A DNA stretch of 64,000 bases from Christensenella sp. UBA6094 (lineage in GTDB: Bacteria; Bacillota; Clostridia; Christensenellales; UBA6094), in the NCBI GenBank assembly GCA_002435915.1, contig DIWY01000003.1, positions 73,369-137,368 of the forward strand. The letters run 5' to 3'. The notes beneath the pieces are model-generated. The model searched no databases and was not told the origin of the DNA. It saw nothing but the letters and a program-made list of their open reading frames with translations. Of the stretch, positions 11,888 through 19,982 are shown piece by piece (the stretch's first letter is position 1; the number at the start of each line of letters is the position of its first letter). The translations under genes and the position numbers were made by a program.

Positions 11888-12619
11888 ATGGGAAGGCTTA
11901 ACGAAAGAAAAAATGACGAGATCAGAAATGTAAACATAATAACAAATTTTATAAAAACAGCACCAGGATCAGCTTTAATTGAAATGGGAGATACACGTGT
12001 TATAACAACAGCAACTATTTTAGATAAAGTTCCAAGCTGGATGGATGGCAATGGAAAAGGTTGGCTTAGCGCAGAATACGCTATGCTACCAGGCTCAACA
12101 TTAGTCAGAAAAAATAGAGACAGAAAGTCTACAGATTCGCGCTCGATAGAGATACAAAGGCTTATTGGTAGATCTTTAAGAGCCTGCATTGATTTATCTC
12201 TTATAGGTAATAGAGCGATAATGATAGATTGCGATGTAATTCAAGCAGATGGAGGTACCCGAACGGCTTCTATAACGGGTGCCTTTGTTTCGCTTTGTTT
12301 AGCGGTGGAAAAGCTTATGGAAAAAGGAGATATAAAAACATCTCCAATCAAAGATTACATTGCAGCAATAAGCGTTGGTTACGTAAAAGACGAGCCAATG
12401 TTAGACCTTTGCTATGAGGAGGATTACAAAGCACAAGTTGATATGAATGTGGTTATGCTCGGTGATAGTAATTTTGTAGAGATACAGGGCACTGGCGAAA
12501 ACGCTACATTTAGTCAAGAACAACTAGTTTGCATGCTTGCATACGCTGGTAAAGGAATAAAAGATCTTATTCAAATACAAAAGAATGTTTTAGGTGAATT
12601 GTCATGCATACGAAAATAG
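11888..12619 (+). CDS. rph: Ribonuclease PH
   Basis: 243 aa. Motifs GSALIEMGDTRV, DCDVIQADGGTRTASITG. Confidence 0.93.
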   Translation: MGRLNERKNDEIRNVNIITNFIKTAPGSALIEMGDTRVITTATILDKVPSWMDGNGKGWLSAEYAMLPGSTLVRKNRDRKSTDSRSIEIQRLIGRSLRACIDLSLIGNRAIMIDCDVIQADGGTRTASITGAFVSLCLAVEKLMEKGDIKTSPIKDYIAAISVGYVKDEPMLDLCYEEDYKAQVDMNVVMLGDSNFVEIQGTGENATFSQEQLVCMLAYAGKGIKDLIQIQKNVLGELSCIRK

Positions 12620-13221
12620 AAAGACTTGTTGTTGGCTCAAATAATAAAGGTAAAATTATTGAGATCAAGACTATCTTAGGCAAATATTTTGATGAGATCG
12701 TTAGCTTGAAAGAAGCAGGCATAGAGCTTGAAGTCGTTGAAGATGGCGTTACTTTTTTTGAGAATGCAGAAAAAAAGGCGAAAGAGGCCTACTCTATCAC
12801 TAAATGCGCAACCCTTGCGGATGATTCTGGGCTAATGGTAGATTTTTTAGATGGTAGGCCAGGAGTGTATTCTGCAAGATTTGCTGGGGAGAACGCAACT
12901 GATGATGAAAACAACGAACTTCTGCTTGAAATGCTTAAAGATGTACCAGCAGATAAGAGGTCAGCACGTTTCGTTTGTACGCTAGTGCTATGCTTGCCGG
13001 ATGGAAAGACACTAACGGCAGAAGGCGCATGTGAGGGGCGAATTTATGACCAAATAAAAGGAACCAACGGGTTTGGATATGATTCTCTATTTTTTGTTGA
13101 ACAATTTGGACAGACTATGGCTGAAATAGATCCAGCTGAAAAAAACAAAATAAGTCATAGATACAAAGCGCTAATCTCTTTAATGGAAAAGCTTGATAAT
13201 TATATGCAATCGGATATATAA
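12604..13221 (+). CDS. rdgB: Non-canonical purine NTP pyrophosphatase (RdgB/HAM1)
   Basis: Motifs GSNNKGKIIE, FGYDSLFFV, KNKISHRYKA. Conserved rph-rdgB pairing. Confidence 0.9.
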   Translation: MHTKIERLVVGSNNKGKIIEIKTILGKYFDEIVSLKEAGIELEVVEDGVTFFENAEKKAKEAYSITKCATLADDSGLMVDFLDGRPGVYSARFAGENATDDENNELLLEMLKDVPADKRSARFVCTLVLCLPDGKTLTAEGACEGRIYDQIKGTNGFGYDSLFFVEQFGQTMAEIDPAEKNKISHRYKALISLMEKLDNYMQSDI

Positions 13222-13261
13222 TATTAGTCACAGGTTGAGACATTATTAAACAAAATTTTAA

Positions 13262-13290
13262 TTGACATACAAGCCCATATATGCTAAAAT
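13262..13290 (+). promoter_or_regulatory. Sigma-A type promoter for the tRNA operon
   Basis: TTGACA (13262-13267), a 17-nt spacer, then TAAAAT (13285-13290), about 55 nt upstream of the first tRNA. Confidence 0.6.
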
Positions 13291-13346
13291 TTTAAATTGT
13301 CGGCAGAGTATATGAGCGGCAGTAATAATGTTTGCCAGCAACGTCT

Positions 13347-13423
13347 GCGTCTGTAGCTCAGATGGATAGAGCAACGGCCTTCTAAGCCGTAGGTCTAGGG
13401 TTCGAATCCCTGCAGGCGCACCA
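13347..13423 (+). tRNA. tRNA-Arg (anticodon TCT)
   Basis: Cloverleaf folded by hand. Acceptor GCGTCTG/CAGGCGC, anticodon loop CTTCTAA, T-arm GGTTCGAATCC, encoded CCA. Confidence 0.9.
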
Positions 13424-13435
13424 TTTATACAACAT

Positions 13436-13513
13436 GGTGGGTATAGCTCAGTTGGTTAGAGCGCCAGATTGTGGCTCTGGAGGTCGTGGGTTCGATTCCC
13501 ACTACTCACCCCA
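13436..13513 (+). tRNA. tRNA-His (anticodon GTG)
   Basis: Extra 5' G(-1) opposite C73. Anticodon stem CCAGA/TCTGG with loop TTGTGGC. T-arm GGTTCGATTCC. Encoded CCA. Confidence 0.9.
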
Positions 13514-13534
13514 ACTATTTATCAATAGTAATAT

Positions 13535-13609
13535 TGGGGTGTAGCCAAGTCGGTAAGGCACGGGACTTTGACTCCCGCACCGTAGGTTCAAGTCCTGCCA
13601 CCCCAGCCA
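13535..13609 (+). tRNA. tRNA-Gln (anticodon TTG)
   Basis: Acceptor TGGGGTG/CACCCCA, anticodon loop CTTTGAC, encoded CCA. Confidence 0.9.
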
Positions 13610-13614
13610 TTTAT

Positions 13615-13690
13615 GATCCATTAGCTCAGTTGGTAGAGCACCTGACTTTTAATCAGGGTGTCCGGAGTTCGAATCTCCGATGGGTCACCA
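13615..13690 (+). tRNA. tRNA-Lys (anticodon TTT)
   Basis: Acceptor GATCCAT/ATGGGTC, anticodon stem CCTGA/TCAGG with loop CTTTTAA, T-arm GGAGTTCGAATCTCC, encoded CCA. Confidence 0.9.
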
Positions 13691-13700
13691 CAAAAGGATG

Positions 13701-13731
13701 CCTGTGAACAGTATGTTTGCGGGTGTTTTTT
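13701..13731 (+). terminator. Intrinsic terminator of the tRNA operon (repeat copy A)
   Basis: CCTGTGAAC-AGTAT-GTTTGCGGG hairpin. G-U pairs make it specific to the + strand. It is followed by a T-run. Confidence 0.6.
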
Positions 13732-13904
13732 ATTGCAATGGATACTCACGAAGATAAATTGAATACGCTTGTAAAATATAATTGGTTTTGCATCATTATA
13801 CATTGTAATGTTTTCACTATTCTTCTATAATTAACTGGGATAATTCTTTTAAATTTTAGCCGTAATTTTGGGTTTGTATTTATAAAAATGGAGGTCTAAA
13901 TATA

Positions 13905-15089
13905 ATGAAAAAAAGCAGGATTACTGCTATCATTTCAATTATGTCGTTGTCATTTCTTACTATGAGTATTACTGCAACGACACCAGCGCTGGCTAGCATC
14001 GGTAAAGCCTTTCCTGGAATTGACGGGAGCACGTTGATACTTCTCTCAACACTGCCTGCGCTGGCAGTTGTACCGTTTTCTATTTTGGCGGGGAAACTTG
14101 CAGGAAGTAAGATAAAATTTAGAACTCTAGCGCTGCTTGGAACATTAATTATTACGATTGCGGGTGTTTTGCCTTATTTCATAAATGATTTTTATGCTAT
14201 TTTGGCAACAAGGGCTATTTTCGGTGCAGGTGCTGGACTTATTGCTCCTCTTCCCACCACTCTAATAATGGATCTCTTTGATGGAAACACGAGGGAAAAC
14301 CTTATGGGAATGAACAATGTTGTAATGAATGCTGGTGGAATGGCATTCCAAATGATTGCTGGAATCTTATGTGCAATCTATTGGCGGAATACTTTTATTG
14401 TATATTTAATTTGTATTATAACGTTAATGTTTGTTTTCTTCTTCCTTCCAGAACCAACTAAGGTCGAGAATAAGATAGAAGATACGGAAATAAAGGGTGG
14501 AATGAATGCCGTTGCATATATCTGGATATCTGCATTTGTGTTGTTAGTTTTTTTCACTTACCCGTTCTATTTGAATATGTCTTCTCTAATTGAGCAAGGT
14601 AATCTTGGCACTGCAGCTGTCACAGGACTCGTTCTTACGGTATCTACTGTAGGAGGTATGCTCGCAAGCACTTTTTTTGGTATTGTGTTTCGCTTTGCAA
14701 AAAGGAGGACTGTTTCGATTGGATTCTTCTTTTGCACTGTGTCATATATAATCGTGATATTTGGAAACAGCGTTGTTGCCTTCACTCTTGCATCGCTTTT
14801 GAGCGGTTTTGGTATGGGATTTATAGGACCTGCTGTTTTTATGAATGTGGGTTTGGCGGTTGCACCAGCTACAAGGGCGTTTGCAATGTCGCTTATGATG
14901 GCGCTCCCAAACCTAGCTATGTTTTTGACTTCGTACTTCTTTGCTTTTATTAAATCAGCTTTCAACATTACATATAATAGATATATTTTTGTTATAGGAT
15001 TAGCCTTTTATATGTTCGGTGCAATTTTCTTCTGGTTTGTAAATTTGGATAAAAAAAGAAAGAATGAAGAAGTTGAAACGCTTGAATAG
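13905..15089 (+). CDS. MFS transporter
   Basis: 394 aa with about 12 hydrophobic segments and a central loop, which is typical MFS topology. Substrate unknown. Confidence 0.8.
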   Translation: MKKSRITAIISIMSLSFLTMSITATTPALASIGKAFPGIDGSTLILLSTLPALAVVPFSILAGKLAGSKIKFRTLALLGTLIITIAGVLPYFINDFYAILATRAIFGAGAGLIAPLPTTLIMDLFDGNTRENLMGMNNVVMNAGGMAFQMIAGILCAIYWRNTFIVYLICIITLMFVFFFLPEPTKVENKIEDTEIKGGMNAVAYIWISAFVLLVFFTYPFYLNMSSLIEQGNLGTAAVTGLVLTVSTVGGMLASTFFGIVFRFAKRRTVSIGFFFCTVSYIIVIFGNSVVAFTLASLLSGFGMGFIGPAVFMNVGLAVAPATRAFAMSLMMALPNLAMFLTSYFFAFIKSAFNITYNRYIFVIGLAFYMFGAIFFWFVNLDKKRKNEEVETLE

Positions 15090-15186
15090 GTGATAATGTT
15101 ACTTTTTAGATATTACTAGTAAATATGCATTCTGCAATTATGTAAGATCCTTTATGAATTGCGTGTATATTAAAAAATAAAGAGTT

Positions 15187-15218
15187 CCTGTGAACAGTAT
15201 GTTTGTGGGTGCTTTTTT
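15187..15218 (+). terminator. Intrinsic terminator after the MFS gene (repeat copy B)
   Basis: CCTGTGAACAGTATGTTTGTGGGTGCTTTTTT. One substitution relative to copy A across the hairpin core (13701-13725). Confidence 0.6.
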
Positions 15219-15261
15219 GTTTAATAAATAATCTCCAAATTATATATAGAATTAAGTAAAA

Positions 15262-15441
15262 TTACTCAGATTTTGTTTCAGTATTATCTGCCAAAATGCT
15301 TTTTTGTGTCGAAATAGTATTAAGAGTATCTCCAAGTTGAGAAAAAATAGCTGCAGTAATCTCTAATTCATCTTCGGTCAAAATATTTGATATTGCAATT
15401 GCAAGAGCAGTTATGGCAGTTATCATTTCATTAGGGTTCAT
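15262..15441 (-). CDS. Small conserved helical protein of unknown function
   Basis: ATG at 15441 follows AGAGGTGA. The 59-aa product reads MNPNEMITAITALAIAISNILTEDELEITAAIFSQLGDTLNTI. It resembles a recurrent clostridial small-protein family (recalled from memory, unverified). Confidence 0.45.
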   Translation of the reverse strand: MNPNEMITAITALAIAISNILTEDELEITAAIFSQLGDTLNTISTQKSILADNTETKSE

Positions 15442-15542
15442 ATAAATTTCACCTCTTAGTAGTATATGAAAAGAATGAGATCGAGTGAGACAGAGAGGAT
15501 ATTTGAAAACAAGCAAAATAGTGTAATAAATAGAATTGCAAA

Positions 15543-15580
15543 TAAAAACAAACCAACTAAAATAGTTGGTTTGTTTTTTG
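15543..15580. terminator. Bidirectional intrinsic terminator downstream of the repressor gene
   Basis: AACAAACCAACTA pairs with TAGTTGGTTTGTT. The hairpin is flanked by an A-run and a T-run. Confidence 0.7.
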
Positions 15581-15625
15581 TATGTTTTTAGCAGTAAAAC
15601 TTAGAGCTTCAATAAGAAAATTATT

Positions 15626-16261
15626 TTATGGAATGTTGCGGTACATTTGTACAACTTTACCGTTTATATATACCGGAGTGCTTTCAGTCGATGTAACAAC
15701 TCTATCCGGATAACTAGCATTCAATGAAATAAGCCTATATGTATCACCATTGCGATATACTTTTTTAACTACGCCTTCTTCGCCGTTTATTATAACGACA
15801 GCAATATCACCATTCTCAACACATTCGTCTGTATCAATAAGCACAAAATCACCATCCAGTAGATATGGGGACATACTATCGCCTTTTACCAATAGAAAAA
15901 AGTTTCTGTTTAGTTTCGCATTATTAGCTTCTTGGTATCCTAGTAATTCTTGTTGCACCATGCCACCCTCTCCGGCCCTAACCGCACCATACACTGGGAT
16001 CATAATACGTTTACCCATAGGTATTCCGTTTTTTTCTGCCCAAGTAGTAGGGATAGGGTTGTCAGTTTCTCCCAACAAGAATTCTTTATTCACATCTAAA
16101 AATCCTGCAATTTTATCTAAATGTGAAATATAAGATTTAGATTTTCCTTTTTTCCAGTTATATAAAGTGCTCGTACTCATCTCTAACATTTCACATATTG
16201 CTTGCTCTTTAACACCTTTTTTTTCAAGAATATCGAGTATTCGTTTTAACGTTATATCCAT
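15626..16261 (-). CDS. CI/LexA-like repressor (XRE HTH + S24 peptidase domain)
   Basis: The start is taken at MDITLKRILDILEKKG (16261). N-terminal HTH. An Ala-Gly candidate cleavage site lies in VRAGEGG. The S24 catalytic Ser is in GDSMSP and a Lys in VVKKV. The ORF-track extension to 16381 is hydrophobic AT-rich read-through. Confidence 0.85.
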   Translation of the reverse strand: MDITLKRILDILEKKGVKEQAICEMLEMSTSTLYNWKKGKSKSYISHLDKIAGFLDVNKEFLLGETDNPIPTTWAEKNGIPMGKRIMIPVYGAVRAGEGGMVQQELLGYQEANNAKLNRNFFLLVKGDSMSPYLLDGDFVLIDTDECVENGDIAVVIINGEEGVVKKVYRNGDTYRLISLNASYPDRVVTSTESTPVYINGKVVQMYRNIP

Positions 16262-16301
16262 AATATCGCCGACCGTTCTAATAAATAATTGATAATAACT
16301 A

Positions 16302-16330
16302 TTGACAGTATCAAAATATTGATATATTAT
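16302..16330 (+). promoter_or_regulatory. Early rightward promoter with an overlapping operator-like inverted repeat
   Basis: TTGACA (16302-16307), a 17-nt spacer, then TATTAT (16325-16330). The spacer contains TATCAA-N4-TTGATA. Further TTGATA half-sites lie at about 16290 and 16390. Confidence 0.5.
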
Positions 16331-16471
16331 AAGTATAACCAATAATAATATAAATATACATGAAAAAACAAAAAATAGCAATATTTTGATACAATTGCTT
16401 CTGATTAGCGAAAATGAGCTAAAATAGCATATTTTAATTAGGGAAATTTGGACACAGAAGAGGATAATTTT

Positions 16472-16780
16472 ATGATTAGTTTTTTACAGACGATATTGGT
16501 TCTAATTATTTTAGGAGCTTGCGGCGGTTGCCTAGATAAGGATACTATGTCGATACCTACGATGCTAATTATCGTAGGTACAAGCATTTTATTATTAATC
16601 AATCTTGATAGATATTCAAAAAGTAGAAGACGATTATTTAAGCGATCTTTAAGGATAATTACAGATAAGAAAGTTATTATGACAAGGATAGTGGCAATTA
16701 AGAATATTTCTATGAAAAAAATGATATTAATTTATAAGACAAGGATTATGATCTTATTTCGAAAGGTGGTTATTAAATGA
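16472..16780 (+). CDS. Small membrane protein (two predicted TM helices), first gene of the early rightward transcript
   Basis: ATG at 16472 follows GAAGAGGA. Its stop overlaps the next start (ATGA), suggesting translational coupling. The C-terminal half is AT-rich low complexity, so its extent is uncertain. Confidence 0.4.
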   Translation: MISFLQTILVLIILGACGGCLDKDTMSIPTMLIIVGTSILLLINLDRYSKSRRRLFKRSLRIITDKKVIMTRIVAIKNISMKKMILIYKTRIMILFRKVVIK

Positions 16781-17289
16781 ATTTATATAATATTGATTCA
16801 AGAGTTCTAAACATACTTGAGCAGGATGAGGATTTTACTAAGTTTGATAAATGTAAGAGTATATTTATATTAAAACAACTGAATGCTCTTGATATAGCTG
16901 AAGAATATAAGGTTGAGAATATAGTTCTTTTTATCAAAAATTTGAATTCAGAGATAGATGCGCTAAAAGCTGAAGAAGACACTTTAAAAGCTAGAAGAGA
17001 AGAGAAAGAGCATATAATTAAAGTGTTAAAAAACTATTTAGAAGCGTGTATGTTGCATAATAATTACTCAAAGCTTGAAACACCTAGATATGGGATCTGT
17101 TTGAAAAACTCACAATGTGTAAATATTGTCGATGGAATAAGATTTTTTGAATATGCACGGATATCTAATAAATATTTGCTGAACAAAACTACTGAGATTG
17201 ATGAAGAAACAATAATTAACGATTTAAAAAATGGCGAAGAAATCCCAGGTGTTGAGTTAATACAAAAACATAAGCTGCTAATTAAATAA
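16777..17289 (+). CDS. Siphovirus Gp157-like protein
   Basis: 170 aa. The N-terminus MNLYNIDSRVLNILEQDED and the central coiled coil IKNLNSEIDALKAEEDTLKARREEKEH match the remembered Gp157 family pattern. Confidence 0.5.
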   Translation: MNLYNIDSRVLNILEQDEDFTKFDKCKSIFILKQLNALDIAEEYKVENIVLFIKNLNSEIDALKAEEDTLKARREEKEHIIKVLKNYLEACMLHNNYSKLETPRYGICLKNSQCVNIVDGIRFFEYARISNKYLLNKTTEIDEETIINDLKNGEEIPGVELIQKHKLLIK

Positions 17290-17346
17290 GCAGCTATATA
17301 AAAATATTGGACAAGCTTAAGTCATTTTAATTATGGAGGGTTGAAA

Positions 17347-17778
17347 ATGGAAGCACTATATGATCAATACAAAAAAACTATTACTTATTACTTAAAAAAC
17401 TATAATACAATAAAATCATGTGAGGAACTGCGTAGAGAATCAATATTAGATTCTTGTGGTGGTTATCAAATGGATTTTTCAGGGATACGAGGCACAAAGA
17501 CAAGTGATATTACAGCATCAAAGGCTCTAAAACTAATAGAGCAAGATAAAGACGCTATTTGGCTTAAACTAATTGATATAGTGCTTAAAAACCATCCGAA
17601 TGAATTCGCTTCGAATTGCATAAAAGAAAAATATAATATAAATGGGTTCAAAGGCGGAGAAACACCTTATCTACACTTGTGCTCAAGGATTACGTTCCAA
17701 AGATATAAGAAAGAGATAATAACCGAGATTGCGCAAATGTATGTAAAATTGTCTGATACAATTGTGATACATTCTTGA
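17347..17778 (+). CDS. Putative phage late-gene transcriptional regulator (ArpU/RinA-like); weak call
   Basis: ATG at 17347 follows GGAGGG. The size (143 aa) and the position at the end of the early module, before the structural operon, fit this family. No strong motif was recognised. Confidence 0.3.
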   Translation: MEALYDQYKKTITYYLKNYNTIKSCEELRRESILDSCGGYQMDFSGIRGTKTSDITASKALKLIEQDKDAIWLKLIDIVLKNHPNEFASNCIKEKYNINGFKGGETPYLHLCSRITFQRYKKEIITEIAQMYVKLSDTIVIHS

Positions 17779-17873
17779 TACCAAAGGAACATTTTAAGGT
17801 GGTATAATCGTATCATGAAAAGATATGGAAAAAGGTCGCTTAGAAATGAGCGACTTTTAATTTTGGAGAAGTT

Positions 17874-18194
17874 ATGAATAATTTTGTGTACATATGCAGT
17901 CAGCAAAGTAATGACATTAAAGAAAATAGTCGTAGAGGAGAATTGTACAAGCAGTACGTAATTGAAGAGGGGTATTATCCTGTATCACCAAGCGTAGATT
18001 TTTATTGGATAGAGAATGCAGATCCAAGAGAGAAGGCTGTGAGGGAGAATATGGAGCTAGAAACACTAGAGCAATGTGGTCAGATTTGGGTGTTTGGAGA
18101 TATTATTAATGAGGACATGCAAGTTAAGATTGATAGAGCAGTCGAATTAAAAATATCTGTGCAGTATATATCTGAATGGGAATGCGCTGTATAA
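17874..18194 (+). CDS. Phage protein with a nucleoside 2-deoxyribosyltransferase-like fold (DUF4406-like)
   Basis: The pattern VYICS...Y...EGYYPVSP...F...REKA...LEQCGQIWVFGD...MQVKIDRAVELKISVQYI matches a remembered prophage family. Confidence 0.4.
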   Translation: MNNFVYICSQQSNDIKENSRRGELYKQYVIEEGYYPVSPSVDFYWIENADPREKAVRENMELETLEQCGQIWVFGDIINEDMQVKIDRAVELKISVQYISEWECAV

Positions 18195-18258
18195 ATTCTT
18201 TAATACTACATGAGCATTAAACCAGTGCAAAGAAATGAGCAATTAAGTTATATAAGAT

Positions 18259-18284
18259 AGAACCTTACATAGGTTCTTTTTTTA
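18259..18284 (+). terminator. Intrinsic terminator closing the early module
   Basis: AGAACCT-TACAT-AGGTTCT hairpin followed by T7. Confidence 0.7.
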
Positions 18285-18375
18285 TTATAAATTGCCTACC
18301 GTGTCGGCGTTTAAATGCACGACTTACTTGTGGAAGATACCACGCTTAAAAACGCAAGTGAGAGAAAGGGTGTGT

Positions 18376-18864
18376 ATGGAATTTTTGAAAGACTTGTTTG
18401 GCGCAAGTGCACTAACTTACGAAGAGTTAGTAGCGAAAACTACAGAAAACGGTTTAAATGTTGTTGATCTTACTCAAGGCAAATACGTGAGTAAACAAAA
18501 GCACGATAAACTTTCAAGCCAAAGAGATGCGCTAAAGGCAAAATGTACAGAGCTTATAAATTCTATTGAAGGCGAAGGTGGCCTAAATAATAGGATAGAA
18601 GAATTAAGAGCTGCATTACAAGTCAAAGAAATAGCACTCATAAAAGCTGAAGATAAAAAAAAACAGCTTGAAGAGCTAGGTAGAGCATTGGAAAAAGACA
18701 GAATAAAACTATGGATACTAAAACCTAATAAGCTGGCAAGAAATTGTCATGGTAGAAAAGCCAAGACTAGTAAGCAGATATGCTATTTGCTTTGGTCAAA
18801 TAAGTGTACAAGCAAAAGTAATAGAAAATGCACAACGTTTCAGCTTATGAAAATTGATCGGTAG
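18376..18864 (+). pseudogene. Scaffold protein (phage GP20 family) remnant
   Basis: The N-terminal ~110 aa (MEFLKDLFG...LTQGKYVSKQKHDKL...coiled coil) look like a GP20 scaffold. After an A9 tract (18655-18663) the reading frame becomes an implausible basic, Cys-rich tail. About 150 bp of non-coding sequence follows. Confidence 0.5.
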
Positions 18865-19016
18865 TTTTGCGAAAGCGTATTGCAAACTAGTAGAAAATGA
18901 AATTCACACAAAGTATTTGACGTAGCTTGCATGGACAAGCACTACGTTGAAAAACAAACTAGCTGAAGGCTAGTAGGCAAAACAAATAAAGGACTAAGGG
19001 AATTAGGGGGCGACAA

Positions 19017-19481
19017 ATGAGTGTACAAGTCGATAATCTAATAATTTTAAAGCTGGTAAATTATCTAAATAACAATGCCACTGAAATTGGCTTGCCTTGC
19101 ACTGTTACTAATAACGAGCATGCAGCAACAGGTCAGGCGTTATGGGTAAAAGCCAGAAAGAGCGACAGGATACAGCAAAATTATGTGGGGGGGAGTTACA
19201 GAGGCAGCTTAACTTTCGAGTTATTCTACCAGTATACTTCTCCGGAAGCGCAAACAGGACGCAGATCGATTATGGATTTGCCTTTTGCTGCATTATCAGA
19301 ATGGCTTGAGGACAAGCCAGATATTATACAGTTAGATAGAGAAACAGCAATAGAAATTAAAATGGACTCAAACGTTTATCAGGGTAAAGAAAGCGATGAT
19401 GGATTAACATTGCAGTATAAAGCGATTTTTGAATTAAGTTATACGAAAAATAGAGAAATATTTCACATAAACACTATTTAG
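19017..19481 (+). CDS. Tail terminator / head-tail joining-like protein ('minor capsid' family position)
   Basis: 154 aa, immediately upstream of the tube genes. The call rests mainly on position. Confidence 0.4.
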   Translation: MSVQVDNLIILKLVNYLNNNATEIGLPCTVTNNEHAATGQALWVKARKSDRIQQNYVGGSYRGSLTFELFYQYTSPEAQTGRRSIMDLPFAALSEWLEDKPDIIQLDRETAIEIKMDSNVYQGKESDDGLTLQYKAIFELSYTKNREIFHINTI

Positions 19482-19502
19482 AAATAAAAGGAGACTAAAA
19501 TT

Positions 19503-19964
19503 ATGAAAAAGAGATACGAAAGACTACATTACATGAATACAGCTACAGGCGAGACAGAATTATGGTCACTAATTAACGAAGGTATCGTAAGTTTTGACGA
19601 TGACCTCGCACCAAAAACGGAAACTAAACAGTATATAGCTGATAAAAGCGAACACGATGTTGTTCTAAGCTATAAGCCATCTTATAAATATTCTGCAGAA
19701 GTAGACAATGTTGATCCTGTTAACGTTAAATTATTCAATATTGGTGCAGACCAAGTTATTGGACAAACATGCGAAGTTATCACTGTTGACGTTTGGACTC
19801 TTGCAGACGGCGCATGCACAGCTAGAAAAGCAATTTATAATATTATCCCAAGCAAATCCGGTTCAGGAGATGCTGGCGGTTTCTTAAAGATGGAAGGCAC
19901 ATTATCACAAGTAGGCGAAATCATTAAAGGTACTTGGACAGTAGCAACAGCACAATTTGCATAA
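19503..19964 (+). CDS. Major tail (tube) protein, paralogue 1
   Basis: 153 aa, with a strong RBS (AAAGGAGA). Lies upstream of the chaperone-TMP module. About 60% identical to the next ORF. Confidence 0.65.
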   Translation: MKKRYERLHYMNTATGETELWSLINEGIVSFDDDLAPKTETKQYIADKSEHDVVLSYKPSYKYSAEVDNVDPVNVKLFNIGADQVIGQTCEVITVDVWTLADGACTARKAIYNIIPSKSGSGDAGGFLKMEGTLSQVGEIIKGTWTVATAQFA

Positions 19965-19982
19965 TAAAGGAGAGTGTACAGT

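Noticed and set aside
13471-13707. 78-aa ORF on the + strand, and the 13621..13803 minus-strand ORF.
   Set aside because: Both lie across the tRNA-His, tRNA-Gln and tRNA-Lys genes, so they are translation artefacts of structured RNA genes.
18865-19016. A possible additional head-gene fragment in an alternative frame downstream of the scaffold relic (a frame reading WQEIVMVEKPRLVSRYAICFGQISVQAKVIENAQRF).
   Set aside because: It is short and interrupted by stops, with no motif I can recognise. It is mentioned only as a target for alignment to related prophages.
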